The position numbers were made by a program, and so were the translations under genes. The notes below the pieces were generated by a model. That model was not told the DNA's origin. It ran no database searches and worked only from the letters and a program-made list of their open reading frames with translations. This document shows, in pieces, positions 14,731 through 21,201 of a stretch of DNA of 21,201 nucleotides. The DNA comes from a bacterium (GTDB lineage Bacteria; Hinthialibacterota; Hinthialibacteria; Hinthialibacterales; Hinthialibacteraceae), in assembly GCA_041946805.1 (NCBI GenBank), contig JBHGBC010000105.1:1-21201 (forward strand), read 5' to 3'. Each line of letters begins with the position of its first letter. The stretch's first letter is position 1.

Positions 14731-17493
14731 TTGAAACTAGTCATAGTCGAATCGCCCGCCAAGGCGCAAACCATAGGCCGCTTCCTGGGCAAGGAATACA
14801 AGGTGATGGCCAGCTACGGCCATGTCCGCGATCTGCCCGGTTCCGCCGAGGAAATCCCCGCCGAGTACAAGGACAAACCCTGGGCCACCATGGCCGTGGA
14901 CACGGACAACGGCTTCACCCCCATTTATATCGTCCCGAAAGAAAGCAAAAAAACCTTGAGTGAAATCAAAAAGGCGCTCAAGGAAGCGGAAGAAGTGGTG
15001 TTGGCCACCGATGAAGACCGCGAAGGCGAATCCATCAGCTGGCATCTGCTGCAAGTCCTGCAACCCAAGGTCCCCGTCAAGCGCATCGCGTTTCATGAAA
15101 TCACCAAACCGGCCATCCTGGAGGCGCTCGCCAATCCCCGCTCCGTGGACATGGAACTGGTCAACGCCCAGGAAAGCCGGCGCATCCTCGACCGCCTCTT
15201 TGGCTACAGCCTTTCTCCCCTTCTGTGGAAAAAAGTGCGGCCCAAGCTCAGCGCGGGACGCGTGCAAAGCGTCGCCGTGCGCCTGGTGGTGGAGCGCGAG
15301 GAAGAACGCAAGGCATTCAAATCCGCCCAGTACTGGAGCATCGAGGCCACTCTCCGCGCCGCCGGCAAATCCTTTGGCGCTTCCCTGGTCAGCCTGAACG
15401 GCAAACGCCTGGCCACGGGGAAAGATTTCGATTCCGCCACCGGACGGCTCAAAACCGATGACAAAACCGTCAGCGAGGTGATCCATTTCCTCGAAGACAA
15501 GGCGCAACGCATCGCCCAGGCTCTGCTCCTCCAGGTTCCCTGGCGCGTGGCCGTCATCAGTCAGAAGAAAACCCGGCAAAGCCCCTACGCCCCGTTTATC
15601 ACTTCCACCATGCAACAGGCGGCCAGTTCGGTGTTGAACCTCTCCCCCCGCCGCACCATGCAGATCGCCCAGAAACTCTATGAAGGCGTCAATATCGGCG
15701 GCGGCGAACGCGAAGGACTCATCACCTACATGCGTACCGACTCGGTTACGCTCAGCGAAAACGCCCTCGCGGAAGCCGGCCAGGTCATCAAAAAAATCTT
15801 CGGTCCTGAGTATTACCAAGGTCCCCGGCGCTATGCCACCCGCTCGAAAAACGCCCAGGAAGCCCACGAGGCGATCCGCCCCACGCATCTGCACCGGCGT
15901 CCGGACTCGCTGCGGGCTTTCCTCACCCAGGAAGAGCTGGCCCTCTACCAACTGATCTGGAACCGCACCATCGCGTCCCAGATGCCCGACGCGGAGATTC
16001 TCAAAACCGCGGTGGACTTCGAGGCCGTGGCTGAGGGCCAAACCGCCGTCCTGCGCGCCACCGGCTCGATCGTCGCCTTCCCGGGTTTTCTCAAAGCGGT
16101 CAACGGCAATCAGCGCGATAACGAACTCCCCCCCATCGCGGAAGGCCAACACGTGGGACCGGGTGAAATTATCGAACTCCAGTCCGTCGAGGCCGAAGCG
16201 CACCAGACCCAGCCGCCCGCCCGATATACCGAGGCTTCGTTGATCCAGCGGCTGGAAGAAGAGGGCATCGGCCGCCCCTCCACCTACGCGCCCACCATCT
16301 CCACCATCGAACAACGCGGCTACGTGGAACGGGTGGGCAAGACCCTGGTGCCCACGTTTCTGGCCATTGCGGTCATCTCCCTGCTCCGCAAGCATTTCCA
16401 GGATTACGTGGATCTCGGTTTCACCGCCCGCATGGAAGACGCCTTGGATGAGATCTCCAACGGCCGCCTGAATTACAAGGAGTTTCTGTCCACCTTCTAC
16501 CGCGGCAACGGCAGCTTCGGCGGCGGCCTGCTTCCCCAAATCGAAACCGAACTGCCCAAGATGGAATTCCCCGTCATCCCCCTCGGCGTGGATCCCCAAA
16601 CGGGCGATCCCCTTATCGTCCGGCTGGGACGGACTTCACCCTATATCCAGCGGGGCGCGGGCGGCGCCGACAACACGGTTCCCATTCCCCATGAGCTGAA
16701 TTATGAAGATTTGACTCCCGGCAAGGCGCTGAGCCTCCTGCAATTCAAGGCCCAGTCCAACGAGGCCCTGGGGCAGGATCCGAAAACGGGGGAGAAAATC
16801 TACCTGCAGATCGGCCCCTACGGTCCCTACGTGCAACTGGGCGAAAACACCGGAACCAAGAAAAAACCCAAACGCGCCAGCCTGCCCAAGGGCATGGCCA
16901 TGAATGAAGTCACACTCGAAATCGCCCTGCGCCTGCTCTCGTTGCCCCGCGAACTGGGACATCATCCGGAAAGCGGCGAGACCATCTCCGCGGCCATCGG
17001 ACGTTTCGGCCCCTATGTCAAATGCGGCAACGACTTCCGCAGCCTGGAAGCCACGGACGACGTCTACAACGTTTCCCTCGAACGCGCCCTGGAGCTGCTG
17101 GCCCAGCCCAAAAAGAGCCGCCGGAAAACCAAGACCGTCCTCGCCGCCCTGGGTACGCATCCGGAAACCAGCAGCCCCGTCGAACTCTGCGACGGCCGCT
17201 ACGGCCCCTTCGTCACGGACGGCAAGATCAATGTCTCCGTGCCCAAGGATACGAATCCCCAATCCATCACCCTGGAACAGGCGCTCGAACTCATCGCCCA
17301 TTCGCCGAAAAACAAAAAGGCCGCCGCAAAAAAAACCACGGCCGCCCGCAAGCCGGTCAAGAAAACCACGGCGAAAAAAACGGCTGTGAAAAAGTCCACG
17401 GCTCAAAAAACGGAGGCCGAGGATACCGCCACGGAGGTTGCCACACAGATGCCCCGCCGGGTGAAAAGGAAGAGTGTGCCTTCAACCGGATGA
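14731..17493 (+). CDS. topA: Type IA DNA topoisomerase I, 920 aa
   Basis: Toprim LVIVESPAKA, ATDEDREGE, SAGRVQS, catalytic ITYMRTDS, AQEAHEAIRPT, GIGRPSTYA; four C-terminal repeats and a Lys-rich tail; TTG start. Confidence 0.97.
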   Translation: MKLVIVESPAKAQTIGRFLGKEYKVMASYGHVRDLPGSAEEIPAEYKDKPWATMAVDTDNGFTPIYIVPKESKKTLSEIKKALKEAEEVVLATDEDREGESISWHLLQVLQPKVPVKRIAFHEITKPAILEALANPRSVDMELVNAQESRRILDRLFGYSLSPLLWKKVRPKLSAGRVQSVAVRLVVEREEERKAFKSAQYWSIEATLRAAGKSFGASLVSLNGKRLATGKDFDSATGRLKTDDKTVSEVIHFLEDKAQRIAQALLLQVPWRVAVISQKKTRQSPYAPFITSTMQQAASSVLNLSPRRTMQIAQKLYEGVNIGGGEREGLITYMRTDSVTLSENALAEAGQVIKKIFGPEYYQGPRRYATRSKNAQEAHEAIRPTHLHRRPDSLRAFLTQEELALYQLIWNRTIASQMPDAEILKTAVDFEAVAEGQTAVLRATGSIVAFPGFLKAVNGNQRDNELPPIAEGQHVGPGEIIELQSVEAEAHQTQPPARYTEASLIQRLEEEGIGRPSTYAPTISTIEQRGYVERVGKTLVPTFLAIAVISLLRKHFQDYVDLGFTARMEDALDEISNGRLNYKEFLSTFYRGNGSFGGGLLPQIETELPKMEFPVIPLGVDPQTGDPLIVRLGRTSPYIQRGAGGADNTVPIPHELNYEDLTPGKALSLLQFKAQSNEALGQDPKTGEKIYLQIGPYGPYVQLGENTGTKKKPKRASLPKGMAMNEVTLEIALRLLSLPRELGHHPESGETISAAIGRFGPYVKCGNDFRSLEATDDVYNVSLERALELLAQPKKSRRKTKTVLAALGTHPETSSPVELCDGRYGPFVTDGKINVSVPKDTNPQSITLEQALELIAHSPKNKKAAAKKTTAARKPVKKTTAKKTAVKKSTAQKTEAEDTATEVATQMPRRVKRKSVPSTG

Positions 17494-17510
17494 AGGAGGA
17501 TTTTTTCGTT

Positions 17511-17650
17511 CAACCCCACAGGGGTTGTATGTGAATAGCCCTAGGCGCAAGGTTTTGTTGCGATTTCGTAATGAATGATTTCCCGAAATGGAGGGCGGTT
17601 TTTCAAGCGCCAACGGCGCGCAAGAAGCTAGCCCAGGGCAACGCCCTGGG
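17511..17650 (+). repeat. Two REP-like double-hairpin elements (the first partial)
   Basis: CAACCCCACAGGGGTTG...TAGCCCTAGG (17511-17550) and GCGCCAACGGCGC...TAGCCCAGGGCAACGCCCTGGG (17607-17650). Confidence 0.6.
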
Positions 17651-17675
17651 AACATAGCGCGAAAAGGACTGAATT

Positions 17676-17708
17676 CCCTCTCCCCCCGGGAGAGGGTTGG
17701 GGTGAGGG
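17676..17708 (-). repeat. BoxC-like repeat, reverse orientation
   Basis: CCCTCTCCCCCCGGGAGAGGGTTGGGGTGAGGG is the reverse complement of the CCCTCACCC...CCCTCTCCC...GAGAGGG unit. Confidence 0.75.
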
Positions 17709-17795
17709 ATAAACCAGCTGGTCAGAATAATTCTGCTGTTCAGCGCACATAACCGATAGAATCACGGACCCATGCGGGAGAGTGACCGTACCACC

Positions 17796-17987
17796 ATGGA
17801 CATCTGGGTCATCGCCACATATCTGCTGTTCGCCTTGTCCATCGTCATCGGCCTCATCGCCTGTTGGAGAAGTTCCCTGCCCTTTCTCCAACGCGTGTTC
17901 TGGTCGTTCGTGATCCTGGGCTTCCCCCTTGCGGGGGCCCTGGCTTATGGCCTCCTGGCGCGCTCATCGCGGGATTACCTCTCATGA
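17796..17987 (+). CDS. Small two-TM PLDc N-terminal domain-like protein, 63 aa
   Basis: Pattern RVFWSFVILGFPLAGALAY; its stop overlaps the next start (ATGA). Confidence 0.7.
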   Translation: MDIWVIATYLLFALSIVIGLIACWRSSLPFLQRVFWSFVILGFPLAGALAYGLLARSSRDYLS

Positions 17988-18424
17988 CCGGTTCCTTTGT
18001 CCGCCCCAACGTCACCGCCGATATGCTGATCCCCAACGAACGGGGGGAAATCCTCCTCATCCGCCGGAAAAACGAACCGTTTGCCGGATGCTACGCCATC
18101 CCTGGCGGATTCCTCGAAGTCCACCAGGAAACCGTGGAACAATGCGCGCTTCGTGAAGCCGAGGAAGAGACTGGATTGAAGGTGGAAATCGACCGGTTGA
18201 TCGGCGTCTATTCCGATCCGAAGCGGGATCCCCGGTGGCACAACGTCACCGCCGCCTACCTCGCCAAGCCGGTCTCGATGGAACAGGCGCGCGCGGCGCA
18301 AGCGGGTGACGACGCGGGCGAAGTCCTATGGATCGATCCCCGCGGCGAGGCCTATCAACAATTGGCCATCGCCTTCGATCACCGGAAAATCATCGCCGAT
18401 GCGTTGAATCTCCCCCCTCAATAA
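17984..18424 (+). CDS. NUDIX hydrolase, 146 aa
   Basis: Nudix box PGGFLEVHQETVEQCALREAEEETGL; VYSDPKRDPR; AGDDA; AFDHRKII. Confidence 0.92.
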   Translation: MTGSFVRPNVTADMLIPNERGEILLIRRKNEPFAGCYAIPGGFLEVHQETVEQCALREAEEETGLKVEIDRLIGVYSDPKRDPRWHNVTAAYLAKPVSMEQARAAQAGDDAGEVLWIDPRGEAYQQLAIAFDHRKIIADALNLPPQ

Positions 18425-18429
18425 ATCCT

Positions 18430-19281
18430 TCACCCCAATTCCGGACCGCTCATGCCATACACCCGTTCCGGCGTCCCGGGATGCCGGTTCACGCCGCGGA
18501 ACATGCGGATGAAGGGCCGTTGCTGGCGGAATCCGCGCGATTCCAACAGAACCGTGGCGTGGGGATTGGGATGGACGATATCTACGAAGATCCGTTCGGG
18601 CTTGCGAAAATCCAATAGGGTATCGAGCAGGCGGCGCGCGCTTTTGGGATCATCCGCCACCCAGGGGCCGATGTGAAACGCGTGGGTTCCTTCCCGGCCC
18701 ATGATGTATCCCCGCAGCGCGCCTTTTTCCCGGAGACAAAAAGCAAACTCAGGGAAAAATTCCATGTAAGATTGCATCACCGGCATGCGGGAAGCGCCAA
18801 AAATCATCCGGTCCCATTCATTCAACTGATCCAGATCGGCCACACGCAACCGCTCCGCGCGGGACGCCTCGCCGGGTAGCGATTCGGCATGCCGTTCGTA
18901 CCGCGCCGCTCCGTATTCATCCTGAAAGCCGAGCGTGTCATAGAGCTGCTTGCCTTGGGGCGTGGCGTCCAGTTTCACCGTCAATCCCCGGCTTTCCAAA
19001 TGCTCGATGCCCATCAACAGCAACGCCCGTCCGATGCCTTCGCGGCGGTGCTCACGATCGACGATGACCATGGCCACCCAGCCGAAGCAGTCTTCATACG
19101 GGATCGTGCACACCGTCCCCACGACCCGCTCCCCGAGGACGGCCACGAAACATCCCGTGGGATTGAACGACAAAAACCGCCGCCAATCGGTCAGCGTCTG
19201 GTTCCAGCCCGCCTGTTCCCGCAGCCGCTGGCAATCCGGAAAATCCGCTTCGGTCATGATTCGGTATTCACACAACGGCAT
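18430..19281 (-). CDS. GNAT family N-acetyltransferase with a second GNAT-like C-terminal domain, 283 aa
   Basis: GWNQT, VIVDREHRREGIGRAL, LDATPQGKQLYDTLGF, IGPWVA, MSGPELG end. SD AAGGGGG favours ATG 19281. Confidence 0.9.
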   Translation of the reverse strand: MPLCEYRIMTEADFPDCQRLREQAGWNQTLTDWRRFLSFNPTGCFVAVLGERVVGTVCTIPYEDCFGWVAMVIVDREHRREGIGRALLLMGIEHLESRGLTVKLDATPQGKQLYDTLGFQDEYGAARYERHAESLPGEASRAERLRVADLDQLNEWDRMIFGASRMPVMQSYMEFFPEFAFCLREKGALRGYIMGREGTHAFHIGPWVADDPKSARRLLDTLLDFRKPERIFVDIVHPNPHATVLLESRGFRQQRPFIRMFRGVNRHPGTPERVYGMSGPELG

Positions 19282-19358
19282 GGCCAAAATCCCCCTTGAT
19301 GAACCAAATGCCCGCCACCCGCGCCCACTCTAGCAAAATCCCGCTTCCTTGCCAGGGT

Positions 19359-20789
19359 TCACCCTGTAACATTCATCCATAATCCCTGCAACGACAACGC
19401 CAAGCAAAAATAAAAAACGATCAGCAGAATCGTCATCCCCGTCTCCCGCTTGAAAAACAAAAAGAACAGGTAGATCTTCCAAAAAAATCCCAACATATAA
19501 GCCACCCCGGCGAACAAGGGGATCCACGAGAATACCCCCCCGATCACCTGCGTGGCGGCGTTGATCAACACGAAGCAGATCACCACCCACAAGCACGCTT
19601 GCGCGTCCAGCCGCCAATCCTGGTTCCACTTTCTCCCCTCCTCGCACACATTGACCAGCAGCACCGCGCCCATCAAGGCGATGTAACTGATCGCGAATGC
19701 CTGGAGCAAACCGGCCAGAAAGGACAGCCAGGTTTCACTGGATTGCGTTCCCTCCCCGTTCCGGAAATGATCCGGCGGCACGGGGCGCGCGGTTTGTCCC
19801 ATATATCCATCCGGTTGAGACGGGCGCAGGGCGCCGATCTCTCCCTCCGCGTCCCGGAAAATCCAATCGAGAAAATGTTCACTTCTTGGCACGAACACGC
19901 GGGTTTGTTCCAACTCCCGCGTAACGTCCGGTTCCAATACCACTTCGTTGATCCGGATTTCACACCCCGTGGCCTTCAGCGGCGGATAGATCAAGGGAAA
20001 ATCGAACTCGATGGCCTGCCCCGGCCGCCAGGAATACACGTCGAAATAGATATACGTCGATTCGAGTCCGTGCAGGGTCGTGAAGTGAATCGTCAGGCCC
20101 GCTTTCTGAACCGGCGCGTCTCCGATGTTGATCAACTGGCCCTTGACTTGGGCGTTGTAGCCGCGCCCCGCGGCTTCCAACAAGCCCATCCCCGCGCAGT
20201 TCCAAACCGCGTCCCGGACCTGAATCCGTTCCCCCAAATTGCCCGCCTTGTTGACGGCCACCGCCGGATTGAAAGCATATCCATAGAACCGCCAAAACCA
20301 CCACCGGAATCCCAGCAGCAAGGAAAGGCTGACCGCCAGGATTACAACCGTGAAAAACATGATCCGGGTTTTGAACGAATAACCGCACCGCCGGCAATAA
20401 AACGCCCCCTTGTCGAGAGCCTGACCACAGCCGGGGCATACTTTTTTCTTGACCGTTGGCAAAGGCTCACTTTCGAATCCCGCCCCGGCGACCGAAACGG
20501 TTTCCCGCGGCGCGGCGGCGGATGATGCTCCGTCTTCCCGCTGCCGTAGTTTTTCCAGCAGCCGGGCGGCGTCCGGATGGTTGGCGTCCAGGTTCAGGAC
20601 TTGCCGCGCCTCTTCCTCCGCCTCCGTGTATTCACCGGTTTCCGCCAGCAAATAAGCCAGCCAGAACCGGACCCACGGATCTCCCGGCTCCTCCTCCACC
20701 GCCCGCCGCAACCGCATGAGCGCTTCGGGATAGGCCCGGATTTTCCGCAGCCGCATTATTTCTTCAAATAATTCCGAGTGATCGATCAT
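19359..20789 (-). CDS. Hypothetical membrane protein: TPR, zinc ribbon, TM, soluble domain, multi-TM C-terminus, 476 aa
   Basis: TPR-like helices at about aa 17-85; CPGCG-x8-CRRCG; hydrophobic segment IMFFTVVILAVSLSLLLGF; about four C-terminal hydrophobic segments. Confidence 0.8.
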   Translation of the reverse strand: MIDHSELFEEIMRLRKIRAYPEALMRLRRAVEEEPGDPWVRFWLAYLLAETGEYTEAEEEARQVLNLDANHPDAARLLEKLRQREDGASSAAAPRETVSVAGAGFESEPLPTVKKKVCPGCGQALDKGAFYCRRCGYSFKTRIMFFTVVILAVSLSLLLGFRWWFWRFYGYAFNPAVAVNKAGNLGERIQVRDAVWNCAGMGLLEAAGRGYNAQVKGQLINIGDAPVQKAGLTIHFTTLHGLESTYIYFDVYSWRPGQAIEFDFPLIYPPLKATGCEIRINEVVLEPDVTRELEQTRVFVPRSEHFLDWIFRDAEGEIGALRPSQPDGYMGQTARPVPPDHFRNGEGTQSSETWLSFLAGLLQAFAISYIALMGAVLLVNVCEEGRKWNQDWRLDAQACLWVVICFVLINAATQVIGGVFSWIPLFAGVAYMLGFFWKIYLFFLFFKRETGMTILLIVFYFCLALSLQGLWMNVTG

Positions 20790-20820
20790 GATGACTTGGC
20801 CCGGAAGAACATGAATGAAT

Positions 20821-20859
20821 AAAAAATTTTTTGATGTTTTGCCGCCCCTTCACTATACT
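20821..20859 (+). promoter_or_regulatory. sigma70-type promoter with AT-rich UP-like element
   Basis: AAAAAATTTT, then TTGATG (20831-20836), 17 bp, TATACT (20854-20859), pointing to the gene at 20952. Confidence 0.6.
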
Positions 20860-20951
20860 GTAAAAAACACAACCCGGCCGTTTCCGCGTCACGTTTTATC
20901 ATCCATCAGTCAATCCATTGAATCCTAAACAATGCCAAGGAGTGCAAGAGT

Positions 20952-21201
20952 ATGCGTTTTGGTTTTTGTTCGATGCTTTGCGCCATGAATATTGTGCTGC
21001 TGTCTGATTCTGGTTGGAGCCGCGTTTTCCGTATCGATATGATGCCCAACGGCGGCCAGATGGGCTGCTTGGCGTGCCACGATGGGGCGGGCGGCCCCCG
21101 CAACGCCTTCGGCTTGGCGGTGGAAGCCCGGGTCACCCCCGGCGGCATGGAACCATTCTGGAGCGCGGCGCTGGCGGCGCTCGATTCGGACGGGGACGGC
21201 T
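20952..21201 (+). CDS. Secreted CxxCH (c-type heme) protein with temptin-like motifs; 5' part only, runs off the window
   Basis: Manual translation: MRFGFCSMLCAMNIVLLSDSGWSRVFRIDMMPNGGQMGCLACHDGAGGPRNAFGLAVEARVTPGGMEPFWSAALAALDSDGDG. SD AAGGAG upstream; absent from the ORF track because it has no stop in the window. Confidence 0.75.
   Translation, partial: MRFGFCSMLCAMNIVLLSDSGWSRVFRIDMMPNGGQMGCLACHDGAGGPRNAFGLAVEARVTPGGMEPFWSAALAALDSDGDG

Noticed and set aside
14367..14801. 144-aa minus-strand ORF in the topA upstream region
   Set aside because: It overlaps the topA start in antisense and has no recognisable motifs.
3986..16599. Long antisense ORFs (3986-5509, 5278-6768, 8550-9776, 11936-12745, 14737-16599)
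   Set aside because: They mirror well-supported genes on the opposite strand, as expected from codon bias in high-GC DNA, and carry no motifs.
20906..21148. 80-aa minus-strand ORF at the right edge
   Set aside because: It is antisense to the better-supported CxxCH gene starting at 20952.

Overview
GC-rich bacterial chromosomal window with about 16 complete genes and one gene truncated at the right edge. The most interesting part is 173-5623, a self-contained sigma54 module. A DmpR/MopR-type (XylR_N/V4R) enhancer-binding protein is divergent from a three-gene operon, and a clear -24/-12 promoter plus a paired candidate UAS lie between them. The operon encodes (i) a YgeY-like M20 metallohydrolase with an altered metal site, (ii) an acetate kinase with the motif signatures I recall for the pyrophosphate-dependent Entamoeba enzyme (HLGSGG, FTD), and (iii) an intact acetate-kinase paralogue that has lost essentially all catalytic residues. 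The rest is htpG, a possible small lipoprotein, a Tat-exported Gfo/Idh/MocA oxidoreductase coupled to a DUF6807 ('PmoA'-named) protein, DUF971, scpA-scpB-rluB, a zinc-finger-less topA, PLDc_N/NUDIX, a GNAT, and a TPR/zinc-ribbon membrane protein. At the right edge, missed by the ORF track, is a secreted CxxCH protein with temptin-like motifs. Several families of REP/BoxC-like palindromic repeats cluster in intergenic regions. All family assignments come from motif recognition by eye; no searches were run.
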